The notes beneath the pieces were generated by a model. It was given only the letters and a program-made list of their open reading frames with translations, had not been told where the DNA came from and did not search any database. Made by a program: the position numbers and the translations under genes. DNA of 64,000 nt from an uncultured Gaiellaceae bacterium (GTDB lineage: Bacteria > Actinomycetota > Thermoleophilia > Gaiellales > Gaiellaceae), in the NCBI GenBank assembly GCA_963787855.1, contig CAWBER010000010.1, positions 14,066-78,065 on the forward strand, in the 5' to 3' direction. Shown one piece after another: positions 1 through 8,731 of this stretch (positions are counted from its first letter, which is position 1; each line of letters starts with the position of its first letter).

Positions 1-1
1 C

Positions 2-145
2 GACTGGGCGGCACAGATCAATCAGTACTGGACGCTGATCGACCCGTACTGGTGGATGACGCTGTTCCCGGCGCTCGCCATCGCGAGCCTCGTCATCGCG
101 GTGAACCTCGTCAGTGACGGCGTGCGCGAGGTCTACGAGCGGTGA
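2..145 (+). CDS. ABC transporter permease, C-terminal end (5' part lies outside the window)
   Basis: Frame is open from the window edge to TGA 143-145. It translates ...QYWTLIDPYWWMTLFPALAIASLVIAVNLVSDGVREVYER, the usual last TM helix and tail of DppC/OppC-type permeases. The stop overlaps the GTG of the next gene (GTGA). Confidence 0.6.
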   Translation, partial: DWAAQINQYWTLIDPYWWMTLFPALAIASLVIAVNLVSDGVREVYER

Positions 146-2175
146 GCGCAGACCCCTCGGCTCGGGCGCTCGAGGTCTCCGACCTCGACCTCGTATACCG
201 CGTTCGCGGCATCGACCGCCCCGTTCTCCGGGGCGTCTCGCTCTCGATCGGGCGCGGGCGCTCGTACGGGCTCGTGGGCGAGTCCGGCTGCGGGAAGTCG
301 ACGGCGGCACTAGGGATCGTGAGGTACCTCCCACGGAACGGCCGCGTCACCGGCGGCACGATCTCGGTAGCAGGCCAGAACGTGCTCGCTCTCGGCCGCC
401 GCGCACTCCGCGAGTACCACGCGCGGACGGTCTCGATGGTCTACCAGAACCCGGGATCGGCCTTGAACCCGTCCTTGAAGATCGGGACGCAGGTCGCCGA
501 GGCGTTCACCGTTCTCGGCGTGCCCGCGAAGGAGGCGCGCGAGCGGGGTCAGGCCGCACTCGTTGGCGTGCAGATCGCAGACCCGTCGAGCGTGATGAGC
601 CGCTACCCGCACCAGCTCTCGGGCGGCATGCAGCAGCGGGTCGTGATCGCGATGGCGCTGGCCAAGAATCCGGCGCTCCTCATCCTCGACGAGCCGACGA
701 CGGGCCTCGACGCGACGGTCGAGGCGGAGGTGCTCGATCTCGTTGCGCTGATCCAGCGAGAAATGGACACCGCCGTCCTCTTCATCAGCCACAACCTGGG
801 CGTCATCTCGAAGATGTGCGACCGCGTCGGCGTGTTGTACGCCGGACGACTCGTCGAGGAGGGGCCTGTCGAGACGGTCCTGCAGGACCCACGCCATCCG
901 TACACCGTCGGGCTGCTGCGATGCATTCCGCGCGGAGGGGTTCGCAAGGACCACGGCCGGCTTGACACGATTCCGGGGTTCCTCCCAGCGCTCGGAATGG
1001 ACCTCCCCGGCTGCGTCTTCGCCGATCGCTGCGCGCTCGCCGACGACCGCTGCCACGCGGAGGAGCCTCCGCCCTTCGTCGTCTCGGCGGGCCACGAGAG
1101 TAGGTGCTGGTACCACGAACGCGCCAGCGGGCTCCCGCGCGCCATGGCGGCCGACCTCGAGCTTCCTGGCGTCGACCGCGCGCAGCCGCCGCTGGTCGAG
1201 CTGGACGAGCTCACGAAGATCTTCACCCAGCGAGGGCAGCCCGTCCACGCCCTCACCGGTGTCAGCGCAGCGATCTGGCCCGGCGAGACGCTCGGACTCG
1301 TGGGCGAGTCGGGGAGCGGGAAGACGACGCTCGCGCGCACGCTGCTCGGCATCGTCCCTCCGACGTCCGGCAGCGCGACCCTCGAAGGGACGTCGCTGCC
1401 CGAGCGCTACCAGAAGCGGTCGCGGAAGGAGCTGCGTGCGCTCCAGATCGTCTTCCAGAACCCCGACTCGGCTCTCAACCGCCGGCACTCGGTCCGCCGG
1501 ATCCTGCTTCGCTCCCTCCGCAAGCTCGCCGGCGTCACCGGGCGAGCCGCGGACGAGCGGATGCGCGACCTCACCTCGCGCGTACGGCTGACGGAGCGCA
1601 CGCTCACGCAGAAGCCTGTGCAGCTCTCGGGAGGGCTCAAGCAGCGCGTCGCCATCGCGCGCGCGTTCGCCGGCGATCCCAAGCTCGTGGTCTGCGACGA
1701 GCCCACCTCGGCCCTCGACGTGTCGGTGCAGGCCGCGATCCTCAATCTTCTCGTCGAGCTCCAGGCCGAGAAGCGCGTCGCATACCTCTTCATCTCGCAT
1801 GACCTCGGCGTCGTGCGGTACATCTCCGACCGCATCGCAGTTCTCTACCTCGGGCGGTTGCAGGAGCTCGGCCCGGCGGACGTGGTCTTCGACGGGCCGC
1901 ATCATCCGTATACGGAGGCGCTGCTCTCGGCGGTGCCGACGATCGACGGCGGCGGCCGCGACCGGATCAAGCTCGGCGACGACATCCCGAGCGCGGCCTC
2001 TCCCCCGTCGGGCTGCGTGTTCCATACGCGCTGCCCGCGCTTTCTCGGGCCGGTCTGCGTCGAGCAGGAACCGCCGCTGGTCGAGGTCGAGGACGGCCAT
2101 CTCATGCGCTGCCACATCCCGATCGAGGAGTTGCGGCAGTTGCAGCAGCCGCGACCCACGTCGGCAGCACGCTAG
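142..2175 (+). CDS. Fused double-ATPase subunit of a peptide/nickel-type ABC importer (DppD-DppF-like)
   Basis: 677-aa ORF with two nucleotide-binding domains. Walker A GESGCGKST and GESGSGKTT; signatures LSGGMQQR and LSGGLKQR; Walker B LILDEPT and VVCDEPT. Each domain is followed by an HPYT plus Cys-rich oligopeptide-type C-terminal extension. Confidence 0.9.
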   Translation: MSADPSARALEVSDLDLVYRVRGIDRPVLRGVSLSIGRGRSYGLVGESGCGKSTAALGIVRYLPRNGRVTGGTISVAGQNVLALGRRALREYHARTVSMVYQNPGSALNPSLKIGTQVAEAFTVLGVPAKEARERGQAALVGVQIADPSSVMSRYPHQLSGGMQQRVVIAMALAKNPALLILDEPTTGLDATVEAEVLDLVALIQREMDTAVLFISHNLGVISKMCDRVGVLYAGRLVEEGPVETVLQDPRHPYTVGLLRCIPRGGVRKDHGRLDTIPGFLPALGMDLPGCVFADRCALADDRCHAEEPPPFVVSAGHESRCWYHERASGLPRAMAADLELPGVDRAQPPLVELDELTKIFTQRGQPVHALTGVSAAIWPGETLGLVGESGSGKTTLARTLLGIVPPTSGSATLEGTSLPERYQKRSRKELRALQIVFQNPDSALNRRHSVRRILLRSLRKLAGVTGRAADERMRDLTSRVRLTERTLTQKPVQLSGGLKQRVAIARAFAGDPKLVVCDEPTSALDVSVQAAILNLLVELQAEKRVAYLFISHDLGVVRYISDRIAVLYLGRLQELGPADVVFDGPHHPYTEALLSAVPTIDGGGRDRIKLGDDIPSAASPPSGCVFHTRCPRFLGPVCVEQEPPLVEVEDGHLMRCHIPIEELRQLQQPRPTSAAR

Positions 2176-3218
2176 AGCCGCTCGGCGTACTCCTTGTACT
2201 CCTGCGGGATCCGATCGTGCGTTCCGAGGAAGGCGTGCTTGGTCATGTCCGGCGAGTAGCGGCTCGCCGGCGGCCGCCGACCGAGCCCCTCGGCCACGGC
2301 CCGGATGTGGTGCGGGCCTGCACCGCAGCACACGCCGAGGTAGTCGACCCCGAGCGCATGTGCCGCTCGTGCGAAGTCTTCGAGCTCGTACCGGTTGCAG
2401 ACGAACGGATCGAGTGCAGTGGGGAACGGGCGTCCGCCCGGGATCACGTCGCAGCTCGGATCCGTCAGCGACTGGAACGACGGCTCGACGTCCGTCGTCC
2501 GGTACGGCACGGGCAGCGCTGCAACCCGGCAGTCGACGGCCTCTCGGACCTTCGCCACCAACGGGAGCATCGTCCTCGGCCCCCGACTGCAGTTCAGTCC
2601 GACAACGTCGGCGCCCGCATCCTCGAGCCGCTTGCACGTGTCCTCGGGGGTCCAACCCTCGCCGGTCGTGCCCTCTCGGTGGATCGACAACGTGATCACC
2701 GCAGGCAGCCCAGACGCCTTGATGACCTCGAGTGCGAGCAGCGCTTCCTCGCCCCAGGTGAAGGTCTCGCCCACGACGTAATCGGCGCCGGCATCGACTG
2801 CCCATGCGACCTGCTCCTCGAACATTCGCCGGACGACGGCTTCGGAGTCGCCGGAGACAAACACGTTCGTGTTGCAGATGTCACCGGCGAGCAGCGTGCC
2901 CGTCTCGTCGGCTACCTCCTTGGCGATCGCGAGGGCCCGACGATTCATGGGCTCGAGCAAGTGCTCCTTGCCGATCGTCTGGAGCTTCTCGCGGTGCGCG
3001 TAGTAGGTGAACGCCTCGACGACGTCCGATCCCGCGTGGACGAACTCACGGTGAAGCTGCGCGACGAGCTCGGGATGCTCGAGGACGACCTCGGGGACGA
3101 ACGCGCCGGCTTGCAGGTAGCCCCGGCGCTCGAACTCGAACAGGTAGCCCTCGGCGCACACGACGGGACCCTGCTCGAGCCGCTCGAGGAGGCCTGGCTT
3201 CGCTGCGCCGTCACCCAC
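2172..3218 (-). CDS. Homocysteine S-methyltransferase family protein (betaine-homocysteine methyltransferase-like)
   Basis: 348-aa ORF. N-terminus GPVVCAEGYLFEFERRGY, then HREFVHAGSDVVEAFTYY, GLNCSRGP, and a C-terminal Zn-site-like GVCCGAGPHH. Its end converges on and overlaps the ABC gene by 4 nt. Confidence 0.8.
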   Translation of the reverse strand: MGDGAAKPGLLERLEQGPVVCAEGYLFEFERRGYLQAGAFVPEVVLEHPELVAQLHREFVHAGSDVVEAFTYYAHREKLQTIGKEHLLEPMNRRALAIAKEVADETGTLLAGDICNTNVFVSGDSEAVVRRMFEEQVAWAVDAGADYVVGETFTWGEEALLALEVIKASGLPAVITLSIHREGTTGEGWTPEDTCKRLEDAGADVVGLNCSRGPRTMLPLVAKVREAVDCRVAALPVPYRTTDVEPSFQSLTDPSCDVIPGGRPFPTALDPFVCNRYELEDFARAAHALGVDYLGVCCGAGPHHIRAVAEGLGRRPPASRYSPDMTKHAFLGTHDRIPQEYKEYAERL

Positions 3219-3240
3219 GCGGCAAGCCTATCCTCGCTGC

Positions 3241-3846
3241 GTGGCGGTCGTCGTAATCCTCACGGAGCGCAAGTCCCTGCTGACCGAGGCCCGGTCGCGT
3301 AACTACGAGCGGCTTCGCGCGCGTATCGCCGACGCGTCCGGTGACACAGTGGAGGTCGCGCATTACGAGGACGTCGAGCCAGCCCAGCTTCGACAAGCAG
3401 GCAGCGTGGTGCTCGGTGGCTCGTCGGCCCCGTGGTCGGCCCACGATCCTGCGGAGCTCGAGCGACTCGGAGATGCCGTCCGCTCGGCGGGACGGCCGGT
3501 GCTCGGGATCTGCGCCGGGATGCAGCTGCAGGCCGTCTTCGCGGGAGGAACGATCGGCCGGAGCCGGACCGGCGAGCACGGCTACCTGCCGATTCGGGTG
3601 CACGACCGCGGCGATCTTCTGCGTGGCCTGCCTGCCGAGGCGGTGGTCTTCCACGATCACGACGACGAGGTCGTCGCTGTCCCCGCCGATTTTCGCGTGC
3701 TCGCGTCGAGCGCGGACTGCGCGGTGCAGGCGATCGCCGACCCGGTGCGGCGCTGGTGGGGCACGCAATTCCATCCCGAGGAGTTCCGGCCCGAGGACCC
3801 GGCCGGCGAGCAGATCCTGCGCACGTTCTTTGCACTCGCAGCGTAA
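3241..3846 (+). CDS. Class I glutamine amidotransferase-like protein
   Basis: 201-aa ORF with nucleophile elbow GICAGMQL and a His/Glu pair in TQFHPEE. First gene of a same-strand run 3241-7730. Confidence 0.7.
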   Translation: MAVVVILTERKSLLTEARSRNYERLRARIADASGDTVEVAHYEDVEPAQLRQAGSVVLGGSSAPWSAHDPAELERLGDAVRSAGRPVLGICAGMQLQAVFAGGTIGRSRTGEHGYLPIRVHDRGDLLRGLPAEAVVFHDHDDEVVAVPADFRVLASSADCAVQAIADPVRRWWGTQFHPEEFRPEDPAGEQILRTFFALAA

Positions 3847-3855
3847 GGTCACGCT

Positions 3856-4962
3856 GTGAAGATTCGAGGCGTCGTCTTGGAGCAGACGGGCGGGCCGCTG
3901 ACCGTCTCCGAGCTGGAGCTCGCCCCGCCCGGTCGCGAGGAGGTGCTCGTGCGTCTGCGTGCGAGTGGCGTCTGTCACTCCGACTACAACGCCGTCGACG
4001 GGACGTCCGAGACGGTCTGCCCGGCGGTCCTCGGCCACGAGGGTGCGGGCGTCGTCGAGGCGATCGGTGCGGACGTCACGCGCGTCGCCGTCGGCGATCA
4101 CGTCGCGCTCTCGTGGACGCCCTGGTGCGGGAACTGCGAGGAGTGCTCGCGCGACCTCCCCCAGCTCTGCTCGACCGTCTGGCCCGCGATGGGCACGGGA
4201 GGGCTCATGGATGGCACGCCTCGCCTCTCTCGCGACGGCGAGCCGGTCTACCACTACTCCTTCCTCTCGACGTTCGCCGATGCCTGCGTCGTCCCGGAGC
4301 GCTCCTGCGTCCCGATCGACGAAGACACGCCGTTCGACGTGGCCGCGCTCGTGGGCTGCGCAGTGTCCACCGGGACGGGCGCGGTGTGGCGCACCGCGGG
4401 CGTGGCGGCCGGCGACCGTGTCGCGATCTTCGGGTGCGGTGGCGTCGGCCTCTCGGCGCTGCTCGCGGCGGCGGGCGTGAGAGCGGAGCCGATCGTCGCC
4501 GTCGACACGGCACCGCAGAAGCTCGACGTCGCACGCTCGCTCGGAGCGACGGACACGGTGGAGTGGCAGGGAAGCGCGGAAGCGACTTCGGAAATGGTGC
4601 GCGACGTCTCCGGCGGGGGAGTCGACTACGCGATCGAGGCCACCGGCCGGCCCGAGGTCATGGAAGCGGCCTTCCTCTCGACCCGCACGCGCGGCGCGGC
4701 GGTGCTCATCGGCATCCCGCGCGAGGGCTCCGAGCTGACCCTTCCTGCGCTCACCATCCCGCGAATGGAGCGCCGGGTGCTTGGCTCGATCTACGGCTCG
4801 ACGAAGCCGGAGCGCGACTTCGCGCACGCGCTTGACCTCTATCGGGACGGGCGGCTCCCGATCGATCGCTTGATCTCGCACCGGCTGCCGCTCGAGGAGG
4901 CCGAGCGCGGATTCGAGCTCATGCACTCCGGAGATGCGCTACGGGTGGTGCTCGAGATATGA
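3856..4962 (+). CDS. Zn-dependent alcohol dehydrogenase, class III / formaldehyde-dehydrogenase-like
   Basis: GVCHSD, GHEGAGVVE, structural-Zn loop CGNCEECS, Rossmann GCGGVGLS. 368 aa. The stop overlaps the next start (ATGA). Confidence 0.85.
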   Translation: MKIRGVVLEQTGGPLTVSELELAPPGREEVLVRLRASGVCHSDYNAVDGTSETVCPAVLGHEGAGVVEAIGADVTRVAVGDHVALSWTPWCGNCEECSRDLPQLCSTVWPAMGTGGLMDGTPRLSRDGEPVYHYSFLSTFADACVVPERSCVPIDEDTPFDVAALVGCAVSTGTGAVWRTAGVAAGDRVAIFGCGGVGLSALLAAAGVRAEPIVAVDTAPQKLDVARSLGATDTVEWQGSAEATSEMVRDVSGGGVDYAIEATGRPEVMEAAFLSTRTRGAAVLIGIPREGSELTLPALTIPRMERRVLGSIYGSTKPERDFAHALDLYRDGRLPIDRLISHRLPLEEAERGFELMHSGDALRVVLEI

Positions 4963-5486
4963 GACCGCACGAGCTCGACGGCCGGATCGGCGAGGGTTGG
5001 AGCGGCGAAGCGCCGAACGGCTCCCACGTCAACGTCGTGCTCGCTCACCGCGGCAGCCCGACGGCCGCGGCCGCAATCTCGATGCTCGCGCTCCCGAGCC
5101 CGGGCCACACGCCAGTCCTCGTCTGCGTCGGCGAGACACAGCAGGAGTACGAGCCTGTCTGGCCGCCGACTCTCATCATGAACAAGGCGACCGCCGTCGA
5201 CGACCGCCACCAGACGCTGACCTGGGGCGCCGCGCAGCTCGGGATCGGGCAAGGCGTTCTCGACGCCGTCGCGGACGGTCTGATCGAGGCGAGCGGAGAC
5301 CTCCTCGTCCTCGTCGCGTTCTGGGTCGACCCAGCCTGCACCGACGAGACGGCGCTTCGGGTCGCGAGCCGGGCCGCGACGCGAAAGGCGCTCGGCGTCT
5401 GCGTCGACGGCCGAGACCCAGGTGCGGCGGCCGCGCTGGTGGAGCAGCGGGACTCGCTGCGCAGCCCGTTCTACTCGGGGGAGTAG
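4959..5486 (+). CDS. Formaldehyde-activating enzyme (Fae) family protein
   Basis: 175 aa. By eye, IGEGWSGEAPNGSHVNVVLAHRGSPTAAA...PPTLIMNKAT...WGAAQLGIGQGVLDAVADGLI...LLVLVAFWVDP aligns with the Fae pattern [25 protein letters not shown]...NTLMFNKVT...FGPAQ.GVA.AV.DAVAEGII...LYVLVGVFIHW. Confidence 0.65.
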   Translation: MRPHELDGRIGEGWSGEAPNGSHVNVVLAHRGSPTAAAAISMLALPSPGHTPVLVCVGETQQEYEPVWPPTLIMNKATAVDDRHQTLTWGAAQLGIGQGVLDAVADGLIEASGDLLVLVAFWVDPACTDETALRVASRAATRKALGVCVDGRDPGAAAALVEQRDSLRSPFYSGE

Positions 5487-5488
5487 TG

Positions 5489-6595
5489 ATGCGGATCGCG
5501 GCGATCGAGACGCGGCGCTACCGCTACCCGCTCGATCCGCCGTTCGCACCGGCCTGGGATCCCGTGCCACGGACGCACCAGGACGCGACGATCGCAGTCG
5601 TCCGCTCCGACGACGGCAGCGAGGGCTACGCGAGCGGGGACGCGCTCCCCGACCGCGAGCTCCTCGAGCGGCTTCTCGTCGGCGTCGACCCGACGGACAC
5701 GAGCACCGTCCACGGGATCGTCGAGACCGTCGACCTGCACCACGGGCGCAACTGGATCGTCGAGGTTGCCGTCTGGGATCTCGTCGCGCGCGCGTCTGGC
5801 CAGCCTGTGTGGAGGCTCCTCGGGGGCGAGCGAGACCGGATCGGCGCCTACGCGTCGAGTGGCGAGCTCGTCCCTGCGGACGAACGTGTCCGACGCTGTC
5901 AGGCGCTGCGCGACGCGGGCGTGAGAGCGACGAAGATCCGGCTCCACTCGCAAGACTGGCGCCTCGATCTGCCCGTGATCGAGGCCGTACGCGAGGCGGT
6001 GCCGGAGGTCGAGATCATGGTCGACGCGAACCAGGGCTGGCGCATGCCGGGCGACCTCACGCCGCGCTGGGACTTCGAGACGGCGCTCGCGTTCGCGCGC
6101 GAGCTCGAGCGGCTCGGCGCGTACTGGCTCGAGGAGCCGCTCCCCACGGAGGACGTCGAGGGGTATGCCGCGCTGGGTCGGGAGGTCGACCTCAGGATCG
6201 CGGCCGGGGAGTTCGTGCGCTCGACGGCCGAGGCTCGCGATCTCGTCATGCGCGGCGGCGTCGACGTCGTCCAGACCGACGTCGTGCTCGTCGGAGGGAT
6301 GGAAGGCGCGCGTCACGTCGTGGCGGTCGCGGAGGAAGCCGGGAGCTGGTGGAGCCCCCACACCTGGTCGAACGGATACGGCCTTCTCGCCAACGTGCAC
6401 GCAGCTCTCGCGTGCTCGACGTGCCCGTACCTCGAGGTCCCGTTCGATCCGCCCGCTTGGTCGGCCGAGCGGCGCGACTGGCTCCTTCCCGTCACGCTCG
6501 AGATCGACGAGGACGGCACGATCGGCGTGCCCGACGGCCCTGGTCTGGGCGTGGTCCCGGACTGGGACGCACTCGAGCGGTACCGGATCGGTTGA
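5489..6595 (+). CDS. Mandelate racemase/muconate lactonizing enzyme family protein (enolase superfamily)
   Basis: ATG at 5489 lies 2 nt after the Fae stop. Contains GQPVWRLLGG, KIRLH, IMVDANQGW, WLEEPLP, RIAAGE and DVVQTD, the typical barrel metal-ligand pattern. Confidence 0.85.
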   Translation: MRIAAIETRRYRYPLDPPFAPAWDPVPRTHQDATIAVVRSDDGSEGYASGDALPDRELLERLLVGVDPTDTSTVHGIVETVDLHHGRNWIVEVAVWDLVARASGQPVWRLLGGERDRIGAYASSGELVPADERVRRCQALRDAGVRATKIRLHSQDWRLDLPVIEAVREAVPEVEIMVDANQGWRMPGDLTPRWDFETALAFARELERLGAYWLEEPLPTEDVEGYAALGREVDLRIAAGEFVRSTAEARDLVMRGGVDVVQTDVVLVGGMEGARHVVAVAEEAGSWWSPHTWSNGYGLLANVHAALACSTCPYLEVPFDPPAWSAERRDWLLPVTLEIDEDGTIGVPDGPGLGVVPDWDALERYRIG

Positions 6596-7730
6596 TGCGC
6601 ATTCGCGCCGCCGTCCTCCACGAGCCACGGCGGCCGCTCGTCGTCGAGGAGGTCGAGCTCGCGCCGCCGCGAGACGACGAGGTCCTCGTTCGCGTCGCCG
6701 CTGCGGGTGTGTGCCACTCGGACGTTCGTCTGGCGGACGGCGAGCTCGGAGAGGGGCGCTGGCCGATGGTCCTCGGGCACGAGGGGGCCGGGGTGGTCGA
6801 GGCGGTCGGCGCACGAGTCGAGCACGTCGCGGCGGGGGATCACGTCGGCTTTTGCATCGTTCCCGCATGCCGCACCTGCGAGGAGTGCCGCGCGGGTCGC
6901 TTCCACCTGTGTCTACCGGCCGGGGAGAACGGGCCACGTGGGGTCCTGCACGACGGCACGTCGCGGCTTTCACTTCCGGACGGGACATCGCTCCAGCACG
7001 CGCTGATGACCGCCTGCTTCGCCGACTACACGGTCGTCGCGGCCGCTGGCGCCGTCCCGCTCCCCCCGACCTCCCGCTCTGGCAGGCGTCGCTTCTCGGC
7101 TGCGGCGTCGTGACCGCGTTCGGTGCCGTCCGCAACGTCGCGCGCGTCCGAGCCGGCGAGTCGGCCGTCGTGATCGGCTGCGGCGGCGTCGGGCTCCAGG
7201 TGGTTGCCGCCCTCAACCTGGCCGGCGCGTCGCCGATCGTCGCCGTCGATCTCGATCCTGCCAAGCTGGAGCTCGCGCTCTCGCGGGGAGCAACCGACGC
7301 GGTCGAGTCAGGGTCCGCGACGACGGCTGCCAGGGTCACTCGGATCGCGGGCCGTGGCGCAGACCACGCGTTCGAGGTCGTCGGCCGGCCCGAGACGATG
7401 CGGCTCGCCTGGGACTGCCTCAGGCCCGGCGGAACGGCGGTGGTCGTCGGCCTGGCCCCGAAGGACGTCGATGTCGCGCTTCCCGCGATCGAGTTCCTCT
7501 CCGACAAGGCGATCCGCGGCTCGTACTACGGCTCCGGCGACGCAGCCGGCGACCTCCCGCAGCTCGCGGAGCTCGCGCTCGCCGGCGAGCTCGATCTGGC
7601 GAGCGTCATCACGCGCATCGAGCCCCTCGACGCCGTGAACGACGCGCTCGACCGCCTCCGTCACGGAGACGGCGTGCGAACGGTGCTCGTTCTCGACGCC
7701 GAGCTCGCCGGGCATCCGGCTCACCTGTAG
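6595..7730 (+). pseudogene. Second Zn-dependent alcohol dehydrogenase, interrupted by one frameshift
   Basis: N-terminal 160 aa (MRIRAAVLHEP...GVCHSD...GHEGAGVVE...CRTCEEC...AVPLPP) are read in frame 1 up to about 7067. The remainder (DLPLWQASLLGCGVVTAFG...GCGGVGLQ...VLVLD) continues in frame 3 to 7730. The switch is at the C6 run 7062-7067. The ATG overlaps the preceding stop (TGATG). Confidence 0.8.
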
Positions 7731-8731
7731 CGCAGTGTGGTGCCGAGACCTCGCTCGCGCGCCCGCCCGAGCATGAGGTGTGCGAGCGCGACGTCCGTGG
7801 TCGCGAGACCACGGTGCCAGAAGAGGATGCGCTCCGAGTCGCTCTCGCGCCCGAGCTTCGCTCCCGCGACCACGTCCGCGAGCTCGCCGTACACCGTCTC
7901 GTCGGTCAGGAGCCCGTCCCGCACGTGCTGGCGCAACGCGCCGAAGGGATCGTCACGCTTGCACTGGGCCCAGTCGTCGACGACCACTTTGTCCATGCGT
8001 TCGAGCACGTCGAGCTCGAGGACGCTCATGGTGCCGTACGGGACGAGCAGAGTGCACGCGTCGAGCCACGCCGTCTCGAGGAGCGGCTCCGGCGCGGCGA
8101 GCCTCGTGGCCTCGACCACGACGTCCGCTCCGACGACGGCGTCGCGGATCGAGTCGGCGACCCGGATCGGCTTGCCCAACGCCTCCTCGAGCGTGTGCGC
8201 GAAGAGCTCGCGCGACTCGGGGCGCTTGCTCGTCACCCGGATCTCCTCGAAGTCGAAGAAGTGATCGAGCATGACCACGTTCGAGAACGCCGTGCCGCGT
8301 GCGCCGATGTGTGCGAGCACCTTCGAATCACGACGGCCGAGCTCGCGCCCGCCGAGTGCCGTGAGCGCGCCAGTCCGGCGCTCCGTGATCTCGGTTGCGT
8401 CGATGATCGCGAGCGGCACCCCTGTGCGCGGGTCGAAGAGCGTGACCAGCGCGAGCTCGGACGGAAGCCCGGCGCGGTAGTTCTCGACGAAGTCGCCGAC
8501 GACCTTCACGCCGGTAACGCCGAGTGGCCAGACGGTTGCACGGAGAACGTTGAAATGACCGGCGAAGGACGGGTCGGGCACGTGCTGGACACGTGGATCG
8601 AGCGCGACGTTCCCCTCCGCCTGCGCCAGGAGGACCGCCTCGACCGCCCCGAGGACGTCCTCGACGGAAAGCTCGAGCTCCTCGACGTCACGCCCCGAGA
8701 GGAAGAGGATCTCGATGCGCTCGTCGCTCAC
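7721..8731 (-). CDS. Ornithine cyclodeaminase / mu-crystallin family protein
   Basis: The 337-aa core of the long ORF 7721..9799 starts at GTG 8731 (VSDERIEILFLSGRDV...). NAD motif HIGARGTAFSN. Its GTG overlaps the stop of the upstream HAL-like gene (GTGA). Confidence 0.85.
   Translation of the reverse strand: MSDERIEILFLSGRDVEELELSVEDVLGAVEAVLLAQAEGNVALDPRVQHVPDPSFAGHFNVLRATVWPLGVTGVKVVGDFVENYRAGLPSELALVTLFDPRTGVPLAIIDATEITERRTGALTALGGRELGRRDSKVLAHIGARGTAFSNVVMLDHFFDFEEIRVTSKRPESRELFAHTLEEALGKPIRVADSIRDAVVGADVVVEATRLAAPEPLLETAWLDACTLLVPYGTMSVLELDVLERMDKVVVDDWAQCKRDDPFGALRQHVRDGLLTDETVYGELADVVAGAKLGRESDSERILFWHRGLATTDVALAHLMLGRARERGLGTTLRYR

Noticed and set aside
310-2805. Very long antisense or alternative-frame ORFs throughout the track (for example 310..2805-, 3211..4926-, 5471..7507-, 26853..28904+, 32386..33987+, 53004..53852-), with Arg/Pro/Ala/Gly-rich translations.
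   Set aside because: These are shadow ORFs, typical of a genome near 70% GC. Each overlaps a gene on the other strand or frame that has clear family motifs. Their own translations are low-complexity with no recognisable domains.
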